Shown here in pieces: positions 26,979-47,990 of a stretch of 64,000 nucleotides of DNA. Both the position numbers and the translations under genes were made by a program. The stretch spans positions 15,500,001 through 15,564,000 of the forward strand of contig OZ004613.1 of NCBI GenBank assembly GCA_963924565.1, written 5' to 3'. The notes beneath the pieces were generated by a model. The model was not told the DNA's origin. It ran no database searches and was given only the letters and a program-made list of their open reading frames with translations. Source of the DNA: Ascidiella aspersa. Lineage: Eukaryota. Numbering within the stretch: the stretch's first letter is position 1; each line of letters begins with the position of its first letter.

Positions 26979-28308
26979 CCTAGGCCAGTGGTTCCCGATT
27001 TTTTATTTCTTGGCCCAAATTTGGTTCATAAAACAGTTCGCGGCCCACCATGTGCCGTGTAAACCTTTTCTTTTACGACATTTAGCCACTTTTCCAAATA
27101 AGACTTATCTCCCATTCGCCCTGGCTAATGTACAAAGCGAATCTAGCCTAACAGTAACTGCATAACCTTTTTCTGTTCTAAATAAAATTGAATATATTTT
27201 TCAACACACTGAATTTTAAAAGTGCTCTGCTGTGTTAATAACGTAGGGAAAAACATAAGTAGGTATACACCTATACACAGTAGGCCTACCCACTGATCAA
27301 GATGTCAAAACGTATTTCGTAAAAAAATACTTTTTGGAAACGCAATAATGTAAGTTGGCGAAACTTTTTTCGTTGGTAGTTGTAGGTAAGCATCAAATTA
27401 TATACCGGTAGTTGCAATATTTTCAAAAATAGCTCCCATTGCTATTTATACGTTATAGAATACATTGTTATCATACTCTGGTCAAAAACTCACTAAGATA
27501 TAATTAAATGAGTCTTGAACGGTTTTCAATCGTCATTTAAAATGTCTGAATGGACGAAAAACTAGAATAAAACAAACTAAGCATACACCTTAAAAATAAC
27601 ACGTTTCTTAGAAATAGGCACATTAGCATGTTGTAACTACGCTGTACAAAATAAACACAAAGCTTAAAAAAGCATGAAAGGGTGACCCTTAACAATGTCT
27701 GAAAAACTACACCACAAAGATCGGTAAAATAAACAATAATGTCGCACAAGCAGAAGCTTATTTCTCGAACTAAAATTGGTAATAATGAAATATAAGAACA
27801 GGGATTGCACAATAACTTGATAGTAGGTTTTATGATCTGTTGATTGTAGTGTTTTATTTCATTTATATAAATATCATCGTAGAAATCCAGGTGGGTCATG
27901 TCAGGTTGTGGGACGAATGTTAAATTATTAAAAAGTCGAGTATAGGATGCTTTGTTTAAACTTTAAAGCGTCGCTGTTTGAAATCAACCGTAATGTCGTA
28001 GAACGGCGGCGAGATTAGTTTTGCTTGAAATGTAAAAATTCTCTGTTTAGTACCATGTTAAACTTGAAATAGCAGGCTACTGGGAATTGTTTTGACGCGA
28101 AATGTTTAATCAACCGTGTTGTTCACTAAAGCGCAATTTTTGGTCACAGGCCATTTGACACCATATATTTACGTCGTTCGTTTTCAGAGTTATGCGCTTG
28201 AGATCTTCTTTCCTCGTGACGTGCACGTTGATGAACGTGAAGTTTTTAAAGTGCCTTTAATTCAACCTTGTGTTGTACGTGACGCTGAGAAGAACCGTTT
28301 AGAAAACG

Positions 28309-34729
<6,421 letters not shown>

Positions 34730-36078
34730 ATGCGGAATACGCAACAGTATTCAGATTGCCTTAGTATTTGTTGTTATACACTTTACCTATTAGCTGCTGT
34801 CGCAACACAATGAGTCTGTATTGACATAATTGTGTTATTTTGTGAAGGTTTTACTCCTACAGGAGAAAACCATACTTTGATGTTTTAACATGATATGTGT
34901 ATTGCTAACCAATGTTTCGTTCTTTTACGGGTTTACGCTAAAAAGTTTCCTAGAATGTGAAAACTGTAATTTTAAATGCATGCTTTGCCATCGTTCAACG
35001 TTTAATTCATAAAGCAATTCACTTGCTTTGTTTTAGTTTAGTTAAACCCACTTTCCGAATATTTGTTATCGACCATGGATTTTTATGCAATCTTTATACC
35101 TTTATCAGCGCTTATTATTTTATTCATAACCGGTATATCTGCAGTTGCTGTCATTGTGTTTATTTTTCCCCAACTTTATTTGTCTTTTCTCAACTTATAG
35201 GTTGAACTTCAACTCATTTTGTCGCCAATTCTTTCTTAGTTTGTTCATCGTAATTTTATCTGTTGTCTCCCAAGGCGTCATGTTATATGTAAATGCTTGC
35301 CCAGAAGCTTATAAACTGACATGATTAGATGCCGACTTACCTAAACATGTAAATATTAACGAGCTTTTTTTGAGTTTATTTCGTAACATTCAAAAATCTT
35401 TATTGTAGGAAAAACATGTCTGTCTTTATATTGTGCTTCAAAACATTCTTCACGCGAATTTGCAATATTTTTTTAACGAGTTATGAAAATACGAGGATTT
35501 TCATCAAATTTCTAGGAGTCACTCTTCAACTTTTGTTACCATACCGCATGAACCCCGACTACACTCTAATTGTGGCCGCCAAAGATTCACGCTACAAATT
35601 TTTAGGCTTGTTTTTTAAAGGCACTTAAATGCAAGTGAAATCTGAACCTGTCGAACGGATGAATATTAAATATATTTTCTATTGCAGTAAGTATAGCCTT
35701 ATCAATATCGGTGCTATTTTTTTAACTCTGTGTTTAAGCGTTAAAATGCAGTTTTAATTTTTACATTTTGATATTAATGTGATCGGATTTATTTGTTGCA
35801 ATAAATATTTGTTTGCCTTTATTTGTAACACTTCTATGTCGTAACACCGCCAATAATTATGCTTGATTGTGACAGTTCTTTATAGGTAAATAGACTTTCG
35901 ATTTCGACGTGCTCTTGTCATGTGAAAACCCGTTACAAAGTTTGTTTTGGATTTCCCGGTTTGAGATAAAAGGCCTGTTCGTAGCGCTTCTTGGTTAGCT
36001 TTATCTGTAGTAAGCCTATAAGTGTATCAAAACTTTTTTGAAAAGTTCCCATGTTGACTTCGATATGAGTAGCTAGAG

Positions 36079-36916
36079 CAGACCTGGACAACATACGGCC
36101 CGCGGGCTGCATCCGGCCCGCCAAGCAGTTTAATCCGGCCCGCAGCTTATTTTCCTTAAAATACGTAGTCTAAGCGAAAACAAGGGCAAGTTTGTACATG
36201 CTTGGTTGTATCGTAAACACCTTTTTCCACGGATTTAGTCATGACCCCGCCAACTTCGATTTTTAGCCTCTTTTGAATACTAAAACGGAAGTTGTTTTCG
36301 CGCTCAGCGCGAATGGCTTCTGTCTTTCTCGTATGTTTCACGCGATTTTTGCCAAATTTACAGACGAATAGCGTCCTCTGATCTGTGCCACTCTCTCCAA
36401 CGAAAGTTTAACAAACTTAGCCTAATATTTGTTTATTTTGCGCGTCGAAAGCATTCCATCTATGAAATATGAACGAAATAGCGAACGTTTTCTAAACTCT
36501 GAAATATACCAATTCACCTTTGTCAACCTAGTTCAGTTAATGCTATGTTTTTAAATTAACTTTTGAGTCAACGCGCCCCACAACTTGATAAACACAAATA
36601 TCAAGCAGTGTACTTTTTTGTCTGTGCTCAATGCTTTACGACCCCCTCTAAATCTAAATAAAAGTTTGCATTTTAAAACAAATATATTTGCATTTTTTTC
36701 GCGCTTCGACGTCTTATTGGAGCTTTTTTAAATTCATTTACATTGCACATTCATGCACAAGTCCAAATATAAACAAATTCGTCAGCTTAGGTGTCTCATA
36801 CCGTCAGTGTATGACGTCACAATGCGTGTAATTTAGATCCTCATTTTCGACCCGGCCCGCCACAACATTTTTTAATTCTCATGCGGCCCGCGGCTAAAAA
36901 TAATTGCCCACCCCTG
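36079..36916. mobile_element. hAT (Charlie/Buster-like) MITE, 838 bp
   Basis: Imperfect TIRs cagacctggacaa / ttgcccacccctg, cggcccgc subterminal repeats, perfect TSD agctagag. Confidence 0.88.
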
Positions 36917-39900
36917 AGCTAGAGTGTCCAACCCAAAAGCATGCTACGAAGTTTAAGTAACAAAATTCTGAGAAACACTGATAAAGGTGAAGCACTACAG
37001 AAGTACGCAATATTATTTAATAAATATGCAAATAAAAAAGTTCAGTTTATAGCCTACATGCTGTATGATAATCTGTTTACACGAGTCCATATAGCAGGTG
37101 AAGCCAACTTAAGTTTGACTGCGATGAACTAAAATATTTTTAGAGACTCGCGATCGACTAGTTCAAAAATAAAGTCAGAAGAACACCTATTAAAGATTTT
37201 GAGCGTTAATTGCATTCCAAGCCAGCGATGGAGGGTAATTTGGCACGTCAAAGAACGCTTTATTAGGCTTGACCAGACGACAGTTAGTCATTTTAATGTT
37301 CCGCTTGTGTGCAACAGCTCCTGTAATGACGTATCACATATTCGACGCGATCGACCAGGTGAAATGTGGCGATCGAAGTGTTCCCTACCCATAGGCTATA
37401 GGAAAGTCTACTTAAAAATGTCAGGTAATTGAAAAATACTAGGTAGTAATACGAAAACTTAATAAGCAAGTATTTAAATAATTTAAATAACTACTTACTT
37501 GAACCAACTCATTGATCGTTATATTTTATCACTAATCCATATATTTTATAATTTAATAGAGATCAGTGTGGTGATAATCACAGTAAAATGATTAAGGGTA
37601 AATTACCTTGTTTGAGAACAGAACAAATGCTTTTATAATACTGAATAATATAAGAACAATGATTGTGTGCTCAAGGTTGAATGTTTTGTAAATTTTGGTT
37701 AAATGTACGCAAAACTCAGTGACATGACATAGAAGTTTTGCAAGTACCTAAGCAGTTTGTGCAAATTTATGTGGTAGGTGTGAACTGTGAACTTACTGAT
37801 TCTGGATTATAAATGTCCTAAATCAAGGGCGGGCAACTTCTTCAGTCGGTGGGCCCGATTTGGGAAAATGAAGTACGTGACCGGATTCTGAATTGATGCA
37901 TTAATCGTGTATTTATCAACCTGTATATAAAGGATAAATCTTAAATCTAATTTTAACCCAAAACAAAGAATTTAAAAACAGAAGAAAACAAAAAACTAAG
38001 GAATAACTAACAGCCACTATAAGCAAGTAGTTGAGGATTTTCTCTAGAACATAACATTTTTAAGATATCGCAAAATTTTAATTTTTTCATTTGAAAAATC
38101 GCATTGAAAATAGTGCACAGCTATAATACACGGCCCTTAAAAACATCTGACATATACATTTTTTGTACACATGACTCGGGTCATCACGTTATAACTTTAT
38201 CAGATGTTTAAATTATTCCTCACATCTAAAATCCTTGATGACAGGATTTCATAGCCTAAATGTATTTTCAAATCACTAACTGCACCGAGGTATTTTGAAA
38301 AGAAGTTAAGTAAAAGTGCTAAAAATGGATTTTGTGTGACATGCCTAACCCGTCTGTGTGTTAAGCTAAGCATCAACATCTACTAGAAAAGAATGCAATT
38401 TGCATTTTCTAACAAGTTAGCACACAGCCACCAAATGCCAGCCAAGCACATATTCCAAATTTTGCAATTTGCATGGATCCTGAATTTTAGTAATATATTG
38501 TCCTATCAAGATTCCTTTTATTTTACTCGGCTGAGTATGAAAAACTTTTTGTAGAGAAATGTTAAGCATTTTATAATTACACTTTTCTATTACTGGAGCA
38601 AGAAAAAATTCTTACGGGGTAACATTTGTGATACCAGTCACTTGGGATGTTCAAAGTAGAATATCGAATCCTTGGATTCGAATCCAGATGGGATTCAAAT
38701 CCAATTCTGCCGTTTATTTCGGGTAATTGGAACCGATATAATTTAATATTTTACCGTCGATTGTTGTGCCTAATTGTGACAACGCGTGTGGTAAGTTGGC
38801 CTGTCGCTGCGGCGACCAATTTATAGTGCTTGCTTTAAATGTAACCTGGTAGTGCAGTGTCAGCGTTTTTTCGGGGTTACTTAAGATCAACTTTAGGCCA
38901 ATATTCAGAGAGGTTATGCAGTTATGCACAGTGTAATTGTCAAGTATTCGTTATGTCAATAGTAACTTTATATTCTTTGCAGTACATTATTTGACTGCAT
39001 AACAGATCATGTTAGTCAAAAAAGAAGCACTAAGACCCAACAATGCTTTAAAAAACAGGACTGAATTGCTAAAGAGTTCTGTGTGCAGTGTTGCATTGTA
39101 CTCACTATTGGCGTAAATATAAGTTTTGGCAACAACCTGGACTGTTGACATATTACAGTTTGCATAACTGCTTCAAATGACAGTTGTTAAGAATGTTAAA
39201 CATATGGAAGATTATTTTATTATAATGTACACATGGTAGCAAATTGTTTGGCGATTTATTGCTGTGATTCTGGGCCCTGTAGGATAGATTAAGATTAATC
39301 CCTTCCCCAAACAAAATCGAGGTTAAATAATTTAATAAAAATATACTAGGATTCGCTATTCTGGATGAAATCCTACTACTTACATGCCTATAAATTATTG
39401 TTACGACTGTAGCAAAAAGGTCCATCTACTGTAGGTCTAAGTTATATTGACGTTATGTCTTATTACTACATCATCGTAAAAGAGCACATAATTATCTAGT
39501 AAGGCTGTTTTAACTTGAACAAACATATTTGGTTTTGAACTTTTGTTTGGCATCAACATATCAGGGAGAATGCAAGACTTCCATGAGGAGGAAGTGAAAC
39601 ATGCTTTCAGGCATTATGTGGTACAGATATCCTTTCCTAAACCGGAATATATAATGTTACTCTTACGGTTTTAGGAAAAGCCTTTCACTTTGACAAAGCA
39701 AACATAGCAGTTCTTATCATTATAACATGGGGAACAGCAAAATGCATGGATAGTAATCATTTATTTGGACAATTGTGTTAACCAGTTAAACAAGCTGTAC
39801 AATGTACATGTTTTGTTTTGGTTTGGTTTCTTAATAGACAGCTAGTATGCTTGTCTGACTTGTTGATATATTCTGTGATACTTCGTTGCTTGTCTTTGGT

Positions 39901-41302
39901 CCCACAAATATAGCACATTAAACAATGTTTGCTCTTGCAATTTTTTGGCATAGAGACATAATAGCAATCAATGAAAAAATGTTACAGAAATAGATCTATT
40001 GAAAGGGATAAGTAACAATATTACTGATTAAAACTTGATAAAAGTTCTTTCCCGATACCGTCAGTAAAACCAGATAGAATGGTGCGCAAATCACATCAAT
40101 GTTGGATTATGTCACTGGGCACAATGTGCCTATATTAATAATACAGCAAAACATTGACTAAATTAAAACGTGAACAAAAATGATGTGCTAGAAACAAAAG
40201 GAGAGCAGTTTCATAATCAGCACTGAAAACATCAATCTATCCCATGTCCGTTTAAAATTGCTGTTGACGAGTGTTATTAGAGCTAATGTACTGATTCAAG
40301 ACTTATACTGTAGATTTATTAACTGGAGAGCTATAGTGTTACCTTTTTTCTTAATGCTTATATTCTCATAATATATACATTTGTTCAAAGAATCTCAGGA
40401 AAATTCAAGCATTTGATTGAGTCACAGAGATTAGAAGTAATCTCTTATGTTGAATTAGCCCAATCCACCTACTAAAATAGAAGTTGCATGACAGTAATAG
40501 ATGAGGCTTTTGTTAGAAATGTATGAGCAAAGCTAGAATATATTTGTTGACATTCTGTTCTAATGTCTGAAGAGTCCGAAGAACCAAAATATGAACGTAT
40601 GTTGCCAGTTTTCATTTTTGGATTGATAGTATGTTTCAAGCAAACCTTTCACGTTCACTTGATGATCTAATGACAGCTTAAAAAGTCATTAAATCTACCA
40701 GAAGGCTGGACCAGTGGTTGCACAACTTTTTACCTAGCTTTTATTTATTTATTAATGTATTAAAAAAGCACAAATATTAACTCCATATAAAAAAATGGCA
40801 CAAGTAGTTAAGTTAATCTATTAGGTTTTACACATGGTTTTACAAAGGATTGACCGGTAGGCAGAATGTGAAACATTCAACTAAAAAATCTAGGTTGATT
40901 TACAAACTGAAAATATGAGAATCTTATATAAGGTTTAAGCTTCATGCTGTTACTTTTCTGTTTAGGCATCATGCTGTTACTTTTTTTGTTTCTGACATGT
41001 TTGGGTAATTGTAAATATCAATAAATTTTTGAAAAAAGATGACCTAGATTTGGTGATAATTTTTGGTATTTTTTTAACTTAATTAAGATACGTCATGCAT
41101 ACATAAACCGATTTGAAATTAACTGGGATGTTATATATTGCAATTTTTTAAAACATCATTAGCTTACTAGTTACTACTAGGCTTTTTTCTATTATATTTC
41201 ATTTTACCAACATGTTTATATAATATTGATGTGGTAAATGTGATTACTGACCAGTTTCTGTCTTTATTTTAGGATTACATAACAAACTATAAAGAATAAA
41301 AC

Positions 41303-44300
41303 ATGACTTCAATTATCAGTAACATTTTTGAAAAAGTTACTCAAGTTTACAATGATCCATTTGCAATTCGAGAGGTAAATAATAATGACTATCAAAGAAA
41401 AAATGTGGTGACCTCATCAGACTACATTGCTCTGCATAAAGTCAACAATTATTATGATGTAATATTGCTAAACCCCAAGCGAGTAAGTCATGTTTTTCGA
41501 CTGTGTCATTTGCCACTCCCCAAAAAAAATGAAGCAAACACGTTTTATGGCAGTGCTGTATCAACCCTATCCATTTTATGTAAAAGCACTGACAAATGTT
41601 ACAACTTCAGCACCCTTCAAACAATCTGCACAACCCTAAGAACTCGAAATGCCTGGTCTCCTGTTCATGTGGCTGTAGAAGCTGGTTTAGGTGGTGTTTA
41701 CACTAACTCCGGGATTCTACAGGAGTGGCTTGATAGCCAGTGGTGTGAGAATCATTACACACCTTTACACTTGGCATGTAAATTAAAGTCGAACACTATT
41801 GTTGCAGAACTTTTGGATGCTGGGGCATTGTTATCTAAAGTGGATGACAATGGCAACACAGCACTTCACCTTGCTGTAAAAGAAGGTACCAACGATATAT
41901 TGTCTTTACTTTGCAAGCATGCAAATGAGGATGTCCTTAATATTTTGAATGCTGACGGGGAGTCAGCTCTTCATGTTGCTTGCAAGCAAAATCGATTTGA
42001 AGAATGCAAAACTCTTTTGCTCTCAGGAGCTGACCCACTTATACCAGGGTCTATTGGGTTTCCTCTTCACTATGCATTAAAGTATGGTTCCATAAAAACA
42101 GCAGAAATTCTTCTTGATAAACATCCAGGTCAGGTTCACATGTCCTGTGTAAAGCATGGTGCATTGCCTCTTCATTGGAGCAAAACTCCAGAGGACATTA
42201 ACCTGCTTTTGAAGTATGATTCACCTATAGATGTTGCAAGTGATCAGTCTCATTTGCCACTTCATGTAATGGTTCTGCGAAATAGGTTGGAGGCTGCTGT
42301 TGCATTAATACTCGGAAATGCTGATGTTAACAGTAGGGGAAAGAATGGCAACACAGCTTTACACCTGGCTATAACTCATGACTGTATCATGTTGGTAAAG
42401 TTGTTGCTACTGTTCGGGGCAGATCACAGTCTCAAAAATGACTTCGGAGAAACTGCTGGTCTGCTTGCTGTCAGAAGTAACAAGCCAAACAAAGAAAATA
42501 TTGTTGAAATGTTGTCATGCCTTGGAGCATTGAATATTGGTTCACCAATTAAGCCTGCACAAGCAACAACTTCACACAATATATCTAAGAATAAATGTAC
42601 ATCAACCGGTTGCAAAGTGTTATGTTTGGATGGTGGAGGAGTCAGAGGACTTATTCTCACTCAAATACTTATGGCAATAGAGCAACAGACAGGCAAAAAA
42701 ACAAGAGAATTATTTGACTGGATTGCTGGCACAAGCACTGGGGGCATTTTGGCTATAGCACTTTCACAGGGTAGAAGTGCGGTGGAAGCACAGAGGCTTT
42801 ATTTTCGCTTCAAGGATAAAGTGTTCAGTGGTGGCAGACCTTACAACAACAAGATAATTGAAGAATTTCTAAAACAAGAGTTTGGTGAAGATGCAACACT
42901 AGAGAGCATTAGTCATGGCCCTAAAGTAATTGTGACTGCCACTTTGGCTGATAGAAAACCTGTTAAACTGCAGTTGTTTCGCAGCTACCAGGCCAACATT
43001 TACAAAGATAAGTCTCCTATTCTGTCCAAAAAACTAAGTAAATCAGACTTACAGAAATTAAAACATCCACATTCTACAAATAAGTCTGAATTTTTATGGA
43101 AAGTTGCTCGTTGCAGTGGAGCTGCACCAACTTACTTTTCCCCAATGGATAAATATTTGGATGGAGGCTTGCTAGCAAACAACCCAACGTTAGATGCTCT
43201 TACTGAAATACATCGATTCTCAAAGACAAATGGTGAAAATATGAACATCAAGTTATGTGTTTCATTGGGGACTGGCCAACTTGCAACCACTTTAGCAAAG
43301 TAAGTTTATTTTAATTTTTAATCCTTTTTTTTATATTTGTTTTAAACAAAAAGTCCGACACTTGGTATTATGGTAGCATCCGAAAATAATTTTTAACTAA
43401 ATGAAATAAATTGTTGTTTAAATTATGTTTAAACATCTTTTTCTATTTTAAGGGAATAACACTTCCATGTATATATAGAAAACACATATACTTCCATTTC
43501 AAGTGAGCATATTTGGTAAAATATAAAGTAGAAAAATATTAAGTACACGTACACCACTAACCAACAAGTCCATACACTTGAAATGACTTTGACACATTCT
43601 TTACAAATCAGAACAATAATATAACTTAAAGGACATTAATTCAACTTATTTCAATAGTTCTTTCAATTCTTCTCTTCCAACAGATCTGTTGATGTGACAT
43701 GGCCTACTAATCCGGTTGCCCTAGTAAATTCTGCACTGGCAGGAATTGAACTCACCCAGATGATGGTAGACGTGGCTTGTGAGAGTAATTCTCATGTGGT
43801 GGATAGAGCTAGTGCATGGTGAGAATAAGCTTACCTTCAAATGCAAGTAGCATCTGATGGTTTTATGTTAGGATTATTTTTTGCTTGTGTAGTAATCCAT
43901 CAACTGATGCTTTCCTATTTTTTGTGTTATGCTTTTCGAATCGTTATGTTAAACCAGTGGTTCTCAAACTTTTTTTGTTGCGACGCCTTTGGAAAAGTTT
44001 TCTGGACTTGCGACGCACCCGCAAATAAAAGTTAATGAAAAAACTTTTTTATTTAAGTTGGTTTATTGATACAACAACAAAAAGAAATGCATATGATTTA
44101 ATGTGACGTGTGGGCTTGTTTGTTTGTACAAAGTTCATTGAATCTTGGGAGAATTTTTTAAATTGCCACCCGCATTTCTCTTTCTATGTTAATTCATGAT
44201 CAATATTTGCTTTTTATCACCGCCAAGGCAGAAAACCCTGCTTCACATAAATACGACGTGGCGAATGGGATAATAATTCGTAGTGCTTTCTGTACCAAAG

Positions 44301-46608
44301 CTGGATAATCCGCATTTATTGAAATCCAAAAATTTGACAGATTTCCTAAATTAAACATCCTTTTCAGGGAATTGTCACAGGAAAGGTCAATGTAGGCTTC
44401 TTTTTCTTGTGGAGTAAAAGACAACGGAGTAGGTTAGGCAAAAGGGTCACGAACCCATTCGTAGTTCAATAAATTTTCGGGGAAGTATTTTGCAAATTTT
44501 AACTCGAGCTTGTACAAATGTTGCCCAAATATGCTTCGCAAATTTGAAGGCAGCGTCATACTTTTCTTTTCAAGCAAATTGGACAAGAAAATAAAGTATT
44601 GAGAGCTTCCAGACAGGTTTATTATATCTTCTTTCCACAATAGCAGCTTTTTAACGAATGCGGCAATTTTATCTAAAACGTCAAGCATGTTTTTATCAGG
44701 CCCTTGCATAGAAATGTTCAGCTTATTCAGTTTGGCGAAGATATCACACAAGTAAGCCAATTTCAATAAAAAATCGTTGTTATCTAACAATCTGCAAGTG
44801 GATTATTTTCTTGCTGCAAAAAAGCGTGAAGTTCATCTACCAATTCGTAGAAGCGTTCAAAGGATTTTCCAAGCAAAAGCCACCGGGATGAACAATAAAA
44901 TAGAAAACTCCGATGCTCTGCATTTATTTCTCCACAAAGTTTTTCAAAAACTCTCGACTTCAGTGGGCGTGTTTTAATGAAGTTAATAACTTTGATGACA
45001 ACTGCAACTGTGTCGCAAAGTTCAGGACTCAGTTCACGAGCAACTAACGCCTCGCGGTGAATCATACAGTGGGTCCACTTAGCCATGGGTGCACGTTTTT
45101 GTATTAAACTTTGCAGACCACAACAGCTACCAGACATTGCTTTGGCACCATCTGTACATATACTAATACACTTTTCCCCTTTGGCACCATCTGTACATAT
45201 ACTAATACACTTTTCCCAATCTAAGTTGTTTGTTAAAATATATTTGTCGATTATACTGAAGAGATCAATTCCTCGACATCCAAGTTCAATAGGTTTGCAA
45301 AATAGCAGCTCTTCTACTAATTTTCCTTTTGAGAAGTCAACAAATCGAACATAAAAAAATTAAGTGTGCATCTCGACTGCTATCCGTTGCCTCATCTAAT
45401 TGCAGACCAAATTCTGTCAGCTTCATTTGTTCAATCAGTTGATCGCGAATATCCTTCGCCATGTCATCAATCCGGCGACACATGGTATCATTTGATAGGG
45501 GTACCAACTTTAACTTTTCTCCAGCTCCTCCTATCATCGTATTTGCAAGATCGATTGCGGCAGGCAGTATTAGTTCCTCAGCAATGGTATGAGGCTTTTT
45601 ACACTTAGCAATTCTGTGCGCAACTTGATAGGACACTAATAAAGCCTTTGATGGGAGCTGCGTAAATTTTGAAATAGCGGATACTTGCCTTAATCATTTA
45701 ATTTTCGAACAAAAAAATGCCCAGGCTTGCCTACAAACTGTGGATGTGATGTTGTTAAATGACATTTAAGCTTATTAGGTAACATGCTCTCACTGGCCAA
45801 CACTTTGCTGCATATAACACACTGAGGTCTTTCCTCATTATCCTGCAAGACAAAGGTGAAACCAAAATCTAAATAACTGTCCATGTACTTGCGAGATTTC
45901 TACTTAGGACAGTCATCTTTATTTGCAGATTTACGCTTAGCTTGCAACACTACTTCTCTGTTGACATCCACTTTTTTGTCTAATTAGTCTGACTTAAAAT
46001 TACACAATGTTAATGCTGTATAGGCTGTTGTTGCGTAACAATGCATAATAAACATGTCAGGAATTAAAACTTTGTAACAGTTAATTTAAATCTATTAACA
46101 GCACAATTTTTGTTTAACTGATTTTCAAAAAAGTTATAATACATTTAACCTCATTTTATTATATAAACTGAGTTCAGCCACGAAACGGAACTATTCTGCG
46201 ACGCCCTTGGAAAAATAAAACGACGCACCAGGGCGTCGCGACGCACAGTTTGAGAACCACTGTGTCACTTAAAAACACAAATTGCCAGATTTTTACTTGC
46301 TTTATAGCATGCAGCATACGTTCTACATAAGTAGCAAACTGTTAAGACATCAATTTGATAGTTACTAATTCTTTAAAATGCTTCACTAATAAACCGTAAT
46401 ATTGTTGGGGAAGTGCAGTCAATTTTCTGTGATTTTAAGGTGTGAGTCAATCGGTGCACATTACATACGACTTAATCCAACGTTGGAGGAGGACATTTCA
46501 TTGGATGAAAGAAATGACACAAAGCTTATTGACATCATGTGGCAAACTCAATTGTATCTCCATGAGAATAAACATATAATTGAGGAAATGGCAAGTTATT
46601 TCCTTTAA
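41303..46608 (+). CDS. PLA2G6: 85/88-kDa calcium-independent phospholipase A2 (iPLA2-beta), 766 aa, ankyrin repeats plus patatin domain
   Basis: Exons 41303-43299, 43684-43818 and 46440-46608 are in frame (2301 nt). Ankyrin repeats (GNTALHLA), LCLDGGGVRG, GTSTG nucleophile, SGAAPTYF, DGG, VVDRASAWCE and RLNPTLEEDISLDE. 5'UTR acceptor at about 41272. Confidence 0.95.
43955..46262 (-). mobile_element. Full-length but decayed Buster-family hAT DNA transposon in PLA2G6 intron 2
   Basis: 16-bp perfect TIRs cagtggttctcaaact and an internal transposase. Left flank tgttaaac; right flank diverged (tgtcactt). Confidence 0.92.
44100..45884 (-). pseudogene. Buster/ZBED5/SCAND3-like transposase pseudogene
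   Basis: Fragments YLDFGF...RPQCVIC (BED finger), KKPHTIAEELILPAA, LQLDEATD, WTHCMIHREAL, LAYLCDIF and PFATSYLCEAGFS are split by stops and frameshifts. A 39-bp tandem duplication lies at 45140-45217. Confidence 0.9.
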
Positions 46609-47427
46609 CATAAATCAATTGGAAAACTATCAGTGGTATGCATTATACTTCAACTTATATCCAGTCGCTCTTCAGTTGTCTACTCTATGTATTCAATATG
46701 CACACAATTTTGGCATAATCTACTGTAATTAAGGGATTTTTAATTGGGAGTTTTTAATTAAAAATAAACTGGAATATTTGATGATTGCTGTATTACAGTG
46801 AATAAACAACATAATGACCATTTAAAAAGCCTTATCATTTTGATAACCTTTTGCGTATTATAACTATTGCTTAATTGCATATTTTTTTGCATAGTAATTT
46901 CACTGTATTGTGTGTCTTGTTTACACTTGTGCATTCTTAACTGGAGTACTTTTTGTAATTTACTAACAAATTCTATGTAAAATTATGTTGCATTAACATA
47001 GGTAAACTATCACTTTGTCTGTTGCAACTATGCGAACTGCATATTTTTAATTACTATATAATTTTTATTATTTCTTTGTTTTTATAGTTAAAGTGCTATG
47101 ATTGCTCCCAGTAAAAAAGGCTTCATGTTTTCCCGCCATTGCTATGTTGCCACTAGTATTTTTTTTTTGCATCTGTTCTGTTTCTTTCAAAAAAGTGTAC
47201 TTTTTACGATTCATGTTCCTTGCTTATTTATTTTGAATATTTTTTTTTGTTTAATAAATGTGTTATGCCCTTGTAACTCGTTGTTCCTTGTTGTAAAGTG
47301 ATTTTTTGTGTAGAATAATTTCTTGCATCATTGTTGTTAAAAATAAAATTTTGGAGTGTCTTTTTGCTTTATATAACTGTATAGTTTCGTGATAATACGC
47401 CGCAGTACACTCGTTATCCCAACTGTG

Positions 47428-47862
47428 TTATTTCGTGAAAAAATTAGCGAGAAAATTTGAAAATTGGGTGTTAATGTAGCTGAATATTAATGTTCATAAA
47501 AATGAATAGTAATATGTTTTAATATTTTTTTCTAAAAGTGTGATTGCTGGATTGCTGAAGCTTTTATAAGGCGTGTGTGAAAATTTCAGATCTCTAACGT
47601 GAATATTAGATGGTATTTGGGGCATTTGAAATCGAAAGGCCATATGTCGAACTTGAGCAGTTATGAAATTTTTGATCGCATATTAAAGCAAGGCCCGATT
47701 GATATTGACTACAAGCTATGGCTCATTTTGAAGAGTATGTCTTGTAGTTTATTTCGTGAAAAAATTAGCGAGAAAGTTTGAAAATTGGGTGTTAATATAG
47801 CTGAATATTAATGTTCATAAAAATGAATATTAATATTTTTTCGTTAAAAGTGTGATTGCTGG
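47428..47862. repeat. Partial tandem duplication with period ~321 bp, probably a transposon or satellite remnant
   Basis: ttatttcgtgaaaaaattagcgagaaa...aaaagtgtgattgctgga occurs at about 47428 and about 47749. Confidence 0.8.
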
Positions 47863-47990
47863 AAAGATGTAAGCAATATAAGGATTGTGTAGAAATTTCA
47901 ACTTTGTATCGTCACAACTTTTGGAGATATTGCCCAAAACCAATCCAGCGCGCCAACTTCGCCCAGGTACTGTGCAGTTGCGCACCTTAG

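Noticed and set aside
38660-38710. GGATTCGAATCC resembling a tRNA T-arm or B-box
   Set aside because: No cloverleaf or A-box; it looks like short subterminal transposon repeats.
38900-40700. Possible extra gene between BACE and PLA2G6
   Set aside because: The frames I checked are stop-ridden, and I found no consistent exon chain or recognisable motif.
44100-45884. Domesticated ZBED5/SCAND3-like gene
   Set aside because: Intact TIRs plus multiple stops and frameshifts indicate a dead transposon.
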